Positions 1 to 8,271 of a DNA stretch of 64,000 nucleotides are shown here, piece after piece; positions within the stretch are counted from its first letter, which is position 1; each line of letters begins with the position of its first letter. This DNA comes from an uncultured Acidimicrobiia bacterium. GTDB lineage: Bacteria; Actinomycetota; Acidimicrobiia; IMCC26256; JAENVU01. Where the stretch lies: assembly GCA_963752335.1 (NCBI GenBank), contig CAVVXW010000003.1, forward strand, positions 274,672 through 338,671. Direction: 5' to 3'. The notes below the pieces were generated by a model. That model was not told the origin of the DNA, searched no databases, and saw nothing but the letters and a program-made list of their open reading frames with translations. A program made the position numbers and the translations under genes.

Positions 1-467
1 TCTTCCGACCGTTGCCCATCGAAGCCACCAGCGGCGTGGCGGCCGCGTCGGCCCTCGAGGGCGTCTTCCTCATGTACCTGACGTACAAGTCGCTCCGCCG
101 GTTGAAGTCGCTGCCCCGCAGCATGCGCAGATACCCGTTCGTCGCCTACTGCGTCGGGATCACGTTCACCTTCGTCTACGCGTTCTCGGCCTTCTCGAAC
201 TTCGGGATTCTGGCCCGCGAGCGATGTCAGGTGCTTCCGTTCTTTCTCGCCCTGCTCTGCCTGCCGGAATGGAACCGGGAGGGGGTCATCACCATCGAGG
301 AGGCAGTGCGCGGGCGTGACGAGGTGGTGCCGATCGACGACGTCGTTGCGGACGACCCCTACGCCGAGCCGTCGGACGTGCAGGTGCGCGTCGCGGAGTT
401 CGATCCGTACCAGGAGGCCGCGGACTCGAGTGACATCGATCCGTACGCGCCGTTCCGTGAGGGATAG
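1..467 (+). CDS. C-terminal part of a polytopic membrane protein (O-antigen polymerase/ligase-like guess). The 5' end lies outside the window. Acidic tail with three D-P-Y motifs.
   Basis: Frame is open to the window start (track ORF 12..467). Hydrophobic segments FVAYCVGITFTFVYAFSAFSNFGIL and VLPFFLALLCLP. Sits at the edge of a glycan locus. Family assignment is a guess. Confidence 0.55.
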   Translation, partial: FRPLPIEATSGVAAASALEGVFLMYLTYKSLRRLKSLPRSMRRYPFVAYCVGITFTFVYAFSAFSNFGILARERCQVLPFFLALLCLPEWNREGVITIEEAVRGRDEVVPIDDVVADDPYAEPSDVQVRVAEFDPYQEAADSSDIDPYAPFREG

Positions 468-472
468 ACGCC

Positions 473-1351
473 GTGTCCGACGCGGTACCGCGAGCCAGTG
501 AGCTCTTCGGCGACGCCGGGTACGTCCGCTCCCGCACGTTCGCGTTGCTCGACTTCCAGGTCGCGATCCACAGCGACGACGGCGAGCTGATCGATCTCGT
601 CGAGGAACTCTTCGCCGAGACCGCGACATCGGGTCCGGCCCATCACACGCTCGCGCTCGGCGCGGCGCCGGTGGACGGTCGCGCCGGGTGCTTCTCGTCG
701 CTCGACGGCTCGGTCATCGTCCGCACACCGGCTCGGGGCATCGCGTTCACGAATCTGGTGTTCGAGGCGAATCAGCAGGCGATCGAGCGCTCGGTCGACT
801 CGGTCCGGCTGCACGCATCCGCCGTCTCGATCGGCGGCCGGGCGGTCGTGATGCCGGGAGCCATGGGCGCAGGAAAGTCCACCCTCGCGGCCTCGTTGAC
901 CCAGCGGGGCGGCGGGTACATCACCGACGAGGTCGTCGCGTTCGACGGCTCCACGGGCTTCGTGCGCGGTTACGCCCGGCCCCTCTCGCTGGGCTCGCCA
1001 CCTCCGTCCCTGCCCCTCGCGTGGGAGCCGTCGGGCTCCGGACGCCGGTATCTCGGCTCCAGTGGCCTCGTCCCGCCGGCTGCCGTGGGCGTCGCCGTCC
1101 GTGGTGCGACACCCCTTGGTGCCGTGGTGCTGCCCCGATACGTCCCCGAGGCCGGAACGACCGTCGAACCGCTCGATGTCGCCGAAGGGCTCGCCGCCGT
1201 CGCCGCCCACGCATTCCACCTCGAGCGGCCGGGGACCCTGGCCGGTCTTGCCGATCGGTTGGACGGCATCCCCGTGTTCCGCCTCACCTCGGCGGATCTG
1301 CACGGCGCCGCCGAGGCCGTCGAGTCGATCATGGGTGCCTTCGTCGCATGA
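473..1351 (+). CDS. HprK-related (HPr-kinase C-terminal-like) P-loop kinase
   Basis: GTG start 5 nt after the upstream stop. Walker-A-like VVMPGAMGAGKSTLAASL followed by YITDEVV, as in HPr-kinase-like serine kinases. Stop overlaps the next start (ATGA at 1348-1351). Confidence 0.7.
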   Translation: MSDAVPRASELFGDAGYVRSRTFALLDFQVAIHSDDGELIDLVEELFAETATSGPAHHTLALGAAPVDGRAGCFSSLDGSVIVRTPARGIAFTNLVFEANQQAIERSVDSVRLHASAVSIGGRAVVMPGAMGAGKSTLAASLTQRGGGYITDEVVAFDGSTGFVRGYARPLSLGSPPPSLPLAWEPSGSGRRYLGSSGLVPPAAVGVAVRGATPLGAVVLPRYVPEAGTTVEPLDVAEGLAAVAAHAFHLERPGTLAGLADRLDGIPVFRLTSADLHGAAEAVESIMGAFVA

Positions 1352-2439
1352 CCGCCACCGTGATCACGCCGGCGTCCGTGCCGCGACAGTTGGGCGCCGA
1401 CGCCGATGCGGTGGTCGTCTCCGGCACGACGGTCCTGTTCGCGCACGGGGAAATCCACGAGCTCAACGCGAGTGCCCATCTCATCTGGCAGGCGTGTACC
1501 GGCACGGTGACCGTGGCCGCGATCGCGCGGGACCTCGCGACGCGCTTCGACATCGCTCCTGCAGTGATGGAGGCCGAGGTCGTCGGCGCGATCGAGGAGC
1601 TCACGAAGCGGGACCTGCTCACCACGGAGCCGGATGTCCCGATGCTGTCGAAGGACGTGCTCGAGCCGGTCGCACTCTGCGCTTCGTGCGGAGAGGGACC
1701 TGCGTACGATTGCCAACTGGTCGTCGACGTGGGAGACGCCGTCCTGACGATCGGGATGGACGACGGCATGGTCGAGCCGATGACCGCCGCGCTGGGCGAC
1801 TGCGTCGTGGGGGTGCTCACCGACGCAGCGGGTCGGCCGTCCTACGGTGTCGTGCTCCCGGACGCGACGGCGGCGGCGCATCACATCCGGGAGGTCACGC
1901 GTCTGTACCGCGGCCCTGACGTCCTGCTCCGAGCCCGGCGCTCGACGAGGGTGCTCGACGCGCTCGTCACCCAGGTGTCCCATCACCGCCTGCGCGGGGG
2001 ACTCCTGCTCGACGCGCTCGCTGTCGGCGACGGCGAGCAGGTCGTCCTCGTTCCGGAACCACGAAATCGGGTGGCGTTCGAGCGGGCCGCGGCACGGGCC
2101 GGGCTCGCCGTCGGTGATCTCGCGAGCGTGGTCGTCGAGGACGAGACCATTGCTCACCTCGGTCCCGTCGATCTCGAGATCGACCGGTCGCGTCTGGTCG
2201 ACCTCGCCGCATCGCGCGGCGATGCTGGCTTCGAGCCCCCGCCGCTCGGGTGGGGCCGCGTCCAGATCGCCGCGCTCGCCGTCCAGGGGCCCGCGACCTC
2301 GTCCAGCGTCCTGGCCGAGATGGCCCCACTGCTCGCCGGTGAGCCTGCGCCGTTGGGCCCGTTGCTGGCGTGCGCCCACGCGGTCCCGATCGTCAGGGGC
2401 GTCGGCATCCCGGTGCTCGTGGAGGCGCTCAGGTCCTGA
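1348..2439 (+). CDS. PqqD-family (RRE-type peptide-binding) domain fused to an uncharacterised C-terminal region of about 270 aa
   Basis: The N-terminal ~90 aa (LFAHGEIHELNASAHLIWQACTGTVTVAAIARDLATRFDIAPAVMEAEVVGAIEELTKRDLL) fits the PqqD/RRE pattern. It is the in-frame part of track ORF 688..2439. The ATG at 1348 is translationally coupled to the kinase. Confidence 0.65.
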   Translation: MTATVITPASVPRQLGADADAVVVSGTTVLFAHGEIHELNASAHLIWQACTGTVTVAAIARDLATRFDIAPAVMEAEVVGAIEELTKRDLLTTEPDVPMLSKDVLEPVALCASCGEGPAYDCQLVVDVGDAVLTIGMDDGMVEPMTAALGDCVVGVLTDAAGRPSYGVVLPDATAAAHHIREVTRLYRGPDVLLRARRSTRVLDALVTQVSHHRLRGGLLLDALAVGDGEQVVLVPEPRNRVAFERAAARAGLAVGDLASVVVEDETIAHLGPVDLEIDRSRLVDLAASRGDAGFEPPPLGWGRVQIAALAVQGPATSSSVLAEMAPLLAGEPAPLGPLLACAHAVPIVRGVGIPVLVEALRS

Positions 2440-2460
2440 GCGCGCGGTGCGGCGGTGGGG

Positions 2461-3756
2461 TCAGAGGGTCTCGCCGACGAACGACCGCCCGCGGAGGACT
2501 CCCTTGGCGTCGAAGACGAGCGGCGCGTGCCGACAGATGATCTCCGGATCGAACTCCGGGTGGTCGACGAGGAGGATCGCGAGATCGCATTCTGCGAGCG
2601 TCCCGGCCCCGAACTCGACGGTGTCCACGTCGAGCAGGCTCGTGCGGGTGTTCGGGAGGTGGGGGTCGCACGCGCTGAGTCGGGCGCCGAGCGCGGCGAG
2701 CCGGTCGGCGACCATCACCGACGGCGACTCCCGCCAGTCCGAGGTCCCGGCCTTGTACGCCATGCCGAGCAGGAGGATGCGGGTTCCGTTGATCGCACGT
2801 TCGTGACGGTTCAGCAGCGCGGCGACCCGTTGCACGACGTAGTCCGGCATGTGCTCGTTCACGTCGTTGGCGAGCTCGACGAAGCGGAACGGATGGCCGG
2901 AACGGCGTCGGACGCGCCACGACAGGTACGACGGGTCGATCGGCAGGCAGTGACCGCCGACCCCGGGTCCGGGGGTGAAGCGCATGTAGCCGAACGGCTT
3001 GCTGGACGCCGCGTCGATCGCGGACCAGATGTCGACGCCGAGGTCTCCCGCGAACATCGCGAGCTCGTTGACGAGGGCGATGTTCACGTGCCGGAAGGTG
3101 TTCTCCAGCAACTTGACGAGCTCGGCCTCGGCGGTCGTCGCGACGGGCACCACCTTGTCGACCAGCGCGCCGTAGAAGGACTCGACCGCTCGGCCCGATT
3201 CCTCGTCGACGCCGGCCACCACCTTGGGGGTGTTCTCGAACGTCCACCGCGGATTCCCGGGATCGATGCGCTCGGGCGAGTAGCCGAGGAGGAAGTCGGC
3301 ACCGGCACGGAGCCCGTGTCGTTCGAGGATCGGGCGGACGAGCTCCTCGGTGGTTCCCGGATACGTCGTCGACTCCAGCACCACGAGCGCGCCGGGTCGG
3401 AGCACCTCGGCCAACGCCTCGGTCGCCGACTCGACGAACGCCAAGTCCGGGGCACCGTCGCGGAGTGGCGTGGGAACCGAGATCACCGCGACGTCGAAAC
3501 CCGCGAGTTCCGCGACCGAGTCGGTGACGGTGTAGCCGCGTGCGAGCGCGGCGCGGAGCCGTTCGGGGGACACGTCCTCGACGAAGGATCGACCGTCGCG
3601 CAACGCAGCGACGCGAGCGCCGTCGACCTCGTAGCCCACGACCGCGAACCCGACCTCGGAGGCGCGCATGGCGACCGGAAGCCCGACGTAGCCCTGCCCG
3701 ACGATGACGACGCGGGCGGTACGGTCGTCGATACGACCCAGGAGGGTCGAGATCAT
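2461..3756 (-). CDS. Nucleotide-sugar dehydrogenase (UDP-glucose/GDP-mannose dehydrogenase family, UDP-N-acetyl-hexosamine dehydrogenase-like)
   Basis: Rossmann motif VVIVGQGYVGLPVA. Family signatures GPGVGGHCLPIDP and LLLGMAYKAGTSDWRESP. ATG at 3756 overlaps the upstream stop (ATGA), preferred over the track start at 3795. Confidence 0.9.
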   Translation of the reverse strand: MISTLLGRIDDRTARVVIVGQGYVGLPVAMRASEVGFAVVGYEVDGARVAALRDGRSFVEDVSPERLRAALARGYTVTDSVAELAGFDVAVISVPTPLRDGAPDLAFVESATEALAEVLRPGALVVLESTTYPGTTEELVRPILERHGLRAGADFLLGYSPERIDPGNPRWTFENTPKVVAGVDEESGRAVESFYGALVDKVVPVATTAEAELVKLLENTFRHVNIALVNELAMFAGDLGVDIWSAIDAASSKPFGYMRFTPGPGVGGHCLPIDPSYLSWRVRRRSGHPFRFVELANDVNEHMPDYVVQRVAALLNRHERAINGTRILLLGMAYKAGTSDWRESPSVMVADRLAALGARLSACDPHLPNTRTSLLDVDTVEFGAGTLAECDLAILLVDHPEFDPEIICRHAPLVFDAKGVLRGRSFVGETL

Positions 3757-4757
3757 CGGGGGCAGCAGTAGATCAGGTAGATCGCGTCGATGCACGCACC
3801 GGGACCCTTGTTGCTGCCGCCCGAGGGCTTGCCGTCCGAGGTCACCGTGCGGCTCGGGTTGCCGTCGCTGCTGATCGATTCGGAGGATGAGGAGGACCCC
3901 GAGGAGATGGGCCCGCCGACGCTCGAGGCGCCCAACGCGTCCGAGCTCACCGACGTCGCGTTCGTGTCCGGCGCGACCCCCGCGTCGAGGGTTCCCGTCC
4001 CGTCGGCACCCTGGGCCGACGCCACGGCTCGAGCATCGCAGCCGACATCGTCCTCGTCGTGGTCACCGTCGTCGTGGCCGTCCTTGCAACCGCCGTTGTC
4101 GTCGCCGCCCTTGCTGCCGCCGCCGTTCCCGTCGCCGCCGCCTCCTCCCTTGTTGTCGTCGTCGTGGTCGCCACCGCCGTCGTTGCCGCCGCCGTTGTCG
4201 TCGTCGTCTCCGTCCCCACCACCGCCGCCGCCGCCACCACCACCACCACCGTGGCCGGTGTCAGCGCAGGGGAAGAGCAGCCGGAGTCCGACCTGCACCG
4301 CGATCGGGGGATTGGGGTCGATGTAGCCCTCGACGAAGTTGTTGCCCTTGCGCGCCCAACCCAGCACCATCCGACATTGACGCGCGGCAGCATTGGGTCC
4401 GGTGACGGTGGGCAGCAGGACCGCCCACACCTGCCCGTCGTTCGAGGTCAGCTGCGGCGGCGCCGACGGGAAGTCGACGCCGACGTTGGGGTTGTCGCGG
4501 AACCATTGGCGGATCGCGGGTGGGACCGACGCAGCCTGGGTGTCACCCGGTGCGGGGTGCACCTCGCCGGCCGGGTTGATGACGACCATGTAGAAGTTGA
4601 TGCACGGTCGTTCGGTGCCGTTGGCGGTCGTGGCGTACGCCGCGGTCGTGCGGATCACCGGCGCGGCCCAGACCAGTCCTCCCGCGATCGCGCCGCGAGC
4701 GATCAACTGGCGGCGGCTCAAACCGCCGTCGAGTACCCGCTCCGGCTCGACGTGCAT
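3753..4757 (-). CDS. Tat-signal secreted protein with a long Gly/Asp/Ser low-complexity region and a Cys-rich C-terminus
   Basis: Twin-arginine motif SRRQLIARGAIAGGLVWAAPVIRTTAAYA. ATG at 4757 preceded by GGAAGAG. Run of 12 Gly, then G/D/N/H-rich and Ser-rich stretches. Ends CIDAIYLIYCCPR. Confidence 0.7.
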   Translation of the reverse strand: MHVEPERVLDGGLSRRQLIARGAIAGGLVWAAPVIRTTAAYATTANGTERPCINFYMVVINPAGEVHPAPGDTQAASVPPAIRQWFRDNPNVGVDFPSAPPQLTSNDGQVWAVLLPTVTGPNAAARQCRMVLGWARKGNNFVEGYIDPNPPIAVQVGLRLLFPCADTGHGGGGGGGGGGGGDGDDDDNGGGNDGGGDHDDDNKGGGGGDGNGGGSKGGDDNGGCKDGHDDGDHDEDDVGCDARAVASAQGADGTGTLDAGVAPDTNATSVSSDALGASSVGGPISSGSSSSSESISSDGNPSRTVTSDGKPSGGSNKGPGACIDAIYLIYCCPR

Positions 4758-4957
4758 GGACTGGCTCTTCCCCCAGATACTCCGGTGGCGACCACTCTCG
4801 GTGGAGTCCGACCTGGTCACATTCAGTTCGAGGATCGCTCGATTCGTGTCGCGTCCGGCAAAAAGGCGCGAATGTCAAGGTTAGCATCGGCCCAGGCGGC
4901 GTGACCAGGGGCCCTCGAACCCTTCGAGCCCTTCGATCGGCACCTTCGCGGCGTCGG

Positions 4958-5719
4958 TCAAGGGTGTTGTGCGCCGCGATCACCGTCCGTGGCGGAACCC
5001 GAGCGCGGCTGCGATCGGGCCGAATCGCCGGTGAGCAGGCGCCGAGCCGCGCGGGCAGGAGCCGCGATGCCCCGGTTGTAGACCGTCCCCAGCACCGTGA
5101 GTCCCTGTTCGCGCCGGGACAGCGGCTGCTGGTGGAGCCACGACGCTTCGAAGCGACCGGTGAGCGCGTCTCTCCAGGCCCCGGCCGGGAGCGACGGGTC
5201 GAGGAACGACAGGTGCCGATAGGTGTACTCCCAGTCCTGCGCGAACCGGGGGAAGTGCAGGAGCGTCAAGGGGATCTCGAATCGAGCGACCGCGTAGAAG
5301 AGCTCGTACTCCAAGATCGCGAGCGCGGACTTCTGTCGGGTCGCGTTCGGCGTCGCGATGAGGCCGCCCGGCGTCCGGAGATTCGCCCCGTACCGAGCGC
5401 TGCGGACTCGGCTCGCGGCCGCGACGTCGAGCTCGCGGATGGGCACGATCACGTGCTCCACGGCAACCGTGCCCGATGCGATGAGCTCGCCGAGCTGTCC
5501 GCTCAAGGCGGGGGCCTTCACGATCCAGGGGGCGTCCGGCGCGAGGATGTCCTTCTCCAGCCCTCCGTGCACGCGCGCGTCGGCCTGCGCCTCGGAGGTG
5601 TAGCCCGTGTCGAGCCCGAGATCGGTGAGCACCTGGACGAGCAGGGTCGTGCCGGCGCGCCCGGTGCCGGTGATCACGACCTTCGCGTCGGTCGTGGCGC
5701 TGGTCTCGGGCTCGCTCAC
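4958..5719 (-). CDS. Short sulfotransferase-fold protein, paralogue 1 of 3 (GTGRAGTT family)
   Basis: KVVITGTGRAGTTLLVQVL (5'-PSB-like loop) and IRELDVAAASRVR (3'-PB-like motif). GTG at 5719 with GAGGA 6 nt upstream. Paralogous to 19592..20284 and 23846..24547. Confidence 0.7.
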   Translation of the reverse strand: MSEPETSATTDAKVVITGTGRAGTTLLVQVLTDLGLDTGYTSEAQADARVHGGLEKDILAPDAPWIVKAPALSGQLGELIASGTVAVEHVIVPIRELDVAAASRVRSARYGANLRTPGGLIATPNATRQKSALAILEYELFYAVARFEIPLTLLHFPRFAQDWEYTYRHLSFLDPSLPAGAWRDALTGRFEASWLHQQPLSRREQGLTVLGTVYNRGIAAPARAARRLLTGDSARSQPRSGSATDGDRGAQHP

Positions 5720-5829
5720 TGCTGTTCCTCGTGCTCGCGGGGCCCGAACGATAGCTGTCGCCCCGCATGTTCCGGACTCCGAGCGGCGCGGCGCGGGCGG
5801 GGAGGTTCGGCTGAGTACCATCGCCGCCC

Positions 5830-6828
5830 GTGACCAGCGGCCGAGGTGCTTCCGACCCCGTAGAGCGGACGGGCCGCGCGTCGGATCCCTTCGCGATCGT
5901 GCTCGGCCACGTCCGCTCGGGAACCACGATGTTGCGGGCGATGCTGGACTCTCATCCCGAGATGGCGATCCCTCCCGAGTCCTACTTCGTCAGCGAGCTC
6001 CTCGACGCCCCCGGACCATTCGACTTCGATCGCTTCCGAACGTCGTTGGCCGAGGACCGCTACTTCGCGGATTGGCAGATGCCGCTCGAGTCGCTCGACC
6101 AGATCAACGAGGATCCGCGGGTCCGATCGGCCGCGGACGCGGTCGCAGGTCTGTACGCGCTCTACGCCCGCCAGGCGGGCAAACCGCGTTACGGCGACAA
6201 GACTCCGAGCAATCTTCGGTTCGTGGCCGCGATCGCGGACCGGTTTCCCAATGCGCGCTTCGTGCACATCGTGCGCGATGGCCGGGACGTCGCAGCCTCG
6301 GTGGTCACGATGGAGTTCGGCCGTACCCGGTTCGCGGAGGCGGCCCGGGTCTGGCGGCGGAAGGTGCTGAAAGCCCATGCGGCCGGAGCACAGCTCGGTC
6401 CCGATCGCTACCGGGAGATCCACTACGAGGATCTCGTGGCCCAACCCGAGCGCGTGCTCCGCTCGATCTGCGCGTTCCTCGGGCTCGAGTATTCCGCGGC
6501 GATGCTGGAATACCACGCCCGGGCCGACGAGCTCCTCGCGGGATTGCGCGACACCGATCACGTCCAGGGCATCCGGCGGCCCCCGACGGTGGGCGTGCGG
6601 GATTGGCGGGTGGATCTCACGCCGTACGAGATCGCCGTGTTCGACGAGGTCGCGGGGACGGCGCTCGATGTGCTCGGGTACGAGCGCTCCGGTCTCCGCC
6701 GGTCGACCGCAGCGCGCCTCGAGGCCGCGACGATCGAGCTGCGGCTGATGCTGACGCGGGCGCGCAAGCGCTCGGCGAAGCGACTGACGCGCGCGAAGCG
6801 TTCGCTCTATCGACGGGTGCGCGCGTAG
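5830..6828 (+). CDS. Sulfotransferase (Sulfotransfer_1/3-like)
   Basis: FAIVLGHVRSGTTMLRAML (PAPS 5'-phosphosulfate loop) and HIVRDGRDVAASVV (3'-phosphate motif). GTG start. Confidence 0.85.
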   Translation: MTSGRGASDPVERTGRASDPFAIVLGHVRSGTTMLRAMLDSHPEMAIPPESYFVSELLDAPGPFDFDRFRTSLAEDRYFADWQMPLESLDQINEDPRVRSAADAVAGLYALYARQAGKPRYGDKTPSNLRFVAAIADRFPNARFVHIVRDGRDVAASVVTMEFGRTRFAEAARVWRRKVLKAHAAGAQLGPDRYREIHYEDLVAQPERVLRSICAFLGLEYSAAMLEYHARADELLAGLRDTDHVQGIRRPPTVGVRDWRVDLTPYEIAVFDEVAGTALDVLGYERSGLRRSTAARLEAATIELRLMLTRARKRSAKRLTRAKRSLYRRVRA

Positions 6829-8201
6829 ATGCGCTGTCCGGCGCGGTGGAGCTTCGAGCCGGTCGGGACCCGTGCGCTCGATTCGCGCGCGAGTCGGCGC
6901 ACGAGCAGACCGTAGCGACGGCGGAGCTCGTACTCGAGGTGGTCGCGGCGTGACCGGCTGCGGTACTCGGCGAGATACCGCTCGACGTCGGATCGGGTGT
7001 GCGCGAGTCCGTTGTCGGAGTACTTCGCGACCCTCGAGGTGAACTCCGGCCGGAGCGACTTCGTCGGCCAGTCGCCGAAGAGCGTCGTGCGCATGAAGTT
7101 CCCGATGAGCAGGTCGTCGAAGATCTTCCAACGAGCTGTGTCCACCAATGACTTGCGAGGCACGTCGAACCGGATCGACCGGCCGGTGTCGCACCCGACC
7201 GTGAACTCGTGGTCGATGCCACCGACGCGGAACGTGATCGTGTCCACGACGTCGTCGAGCAGGTCGAATCCGTCGAAGTAGTCGCCGATCACCTCGACCT
7301 CGGACGGGTCGAGCCGCTCGCTCCAGTCGTCGCCGAAGTCGGTGGTGGGCTTGGGGACGATGAGGTTCTCCGGAGGGTCGATCGGCGTGACCGTGTGGCT
7401 CGCGACGTCGTAGCGGATGAAGGCGGGCAGCAGCTCGCGGTCCGCGTCCGTGAACCCGAGGGAGAACGCGTCGAGCGGCGTCGTGTACTGGTTCGCCCAG
7501 ATGCTGTCCTCACGCTGGTAGCGGTGCATCGTCGCGAAGGGGACGTACGCCTGCGCGCCGAGGTTGTGCATCTTCGACATGATCCCGATGCCGGGCGGGA
7601 TCTGACGCGCCGCGCGGGGCGGGATGCGATTGCCGTCCTGGTCGAAGTAGTTGATCATGTCGGCGTCGCCGAATCCGGCGAGCGCGAGCAGGATCGGTCG
7701 CTTGCTCCGCCGGGCTTCGCGGCGCGCGGTCGGTCCCCAGCCGCGGTCGTTGCAGTCGTTCGCGTCGATGATGAGGACGCCGTCCATGTCGACGAGCAAC
7801 ACCGAGTCCTGATAGGGATCCGCGATTGCCATGACGCGGACGCGTCGGCTGAGTGGCACCCACTGACGGTCCGGGAGCACCTTGACGCGGTAGCCGTCGC
7901 CGGCGAGGAAGTCCTTGATCCTCGAGCCGACGTGGTCGGCCAAGAGGATCGTCTTGTCGGCCACGGTCTCGAGGGACGGCACGTGCAGGTGATCGGGATG
8001 TCCGTGCGAGATCCACAGGTACGGACACGACCGGACGGAGGCCAGCTGCTCCTCCGGGACCTCGTGCGAGAGGATCCAACTGCCGAAGTACGCCGACCCG
8101 AACAGCCAGGGATCGGTGGCGAGCAGCGGTCGGCCGTCGTGGACGATCAGCGTCGCGTTGCCGATCGTCTCGAACGCGAGATCGTACGTAGAATCTGTCA
8201 T
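6807..8201 (-). CDS. MBL-fold metallo-hydrolase domain protein with a large uncharacterised C-terminal half
   Basis: HxHxDH motif in LWISHGHPDHLH near the N-terminus. Intact 464-aa ORF. Its 3' end overlaps the convergent sulfotransferase by 22 nt. Confidence 0.75.
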   Translation of the reverse strand: MTDSTYDLAFETIGNATLIVHDGRPLLATDPWLFGSAYFGSWILSHEVPEEQLASVRSCPYLWISHGHPDHLHVPSLETVADKTILLADHVGSRIKDFLAGDGYRVKVLPDRQWVPLSRRVRVMAIADPYQDSVLLVDMDGVLIIDANDCNDRGWGPTARREARRSKRPILLALAGFGDADMINYFDQDGNRIPPRAARQIPPGIGIMSKMHNLGAQAYVPFATMHRYQREDSIWANQYTTPLDAFSLGFTDADRELLPAFIRYDVASHTVTPIDPPENLIVPKPTTDFGDDWSERLDPSEVEVIGDYFDGFDLLDDVVDTITFRVGGIDHEFTVGCDTGRSIRFDVPRKSLVDTARWKIFDDLLIGNFMRTTLFGDWPTKSLRPEFTSRVAKYSDNGLAHTRSDVERYLAEYRSRSRRDHLEYELRRRYGLLVRRLARESSARVPTGSKLHRAGQRIYARTRR

Positions 8202-8271
8202 CGTCTGGCCCGTCCGCGTTCGGCGAGCCGCCGAGAATAGCAGTCACCGTCGTCGACGCGATCAGGCTCCC

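Noticed and set aside
473-2439. Lasso-peptide (or other RiPP) biosynthetic cluster, because of the HPr-kinase-like plus PqqD pair
   Set aside because: No asparagine-synthetase-like cyclase, no transglutaminase-like leader protease, no ABC immunity pump and no plausible precursor ORF are adjacent. It is kept only as an uncharacterised kinase/RRE pair.
3790-4904. Plus-strand ORFs encoding poly-Pro/Ser and poly-Val/Ala tracts (3790..4326, 3887..4405, 4059..4904)
   Set aside because: They are the mirror image of the Gly/Asp-rich low-complexity region of the Tat-signal protein on the minus strand. That protein has a signal peptide, an RBS and operon coupling.
4880-4957. Possible terminator or direct repeat (CCCTTCGA G CCCTTCGA; CTCGAA-ccc-TTCGAG) downstream of 4958..5719
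   Set aside because: The stem is only 6 bp with a 3-nt loop and no U-tract. It is not convincing as a terminator.
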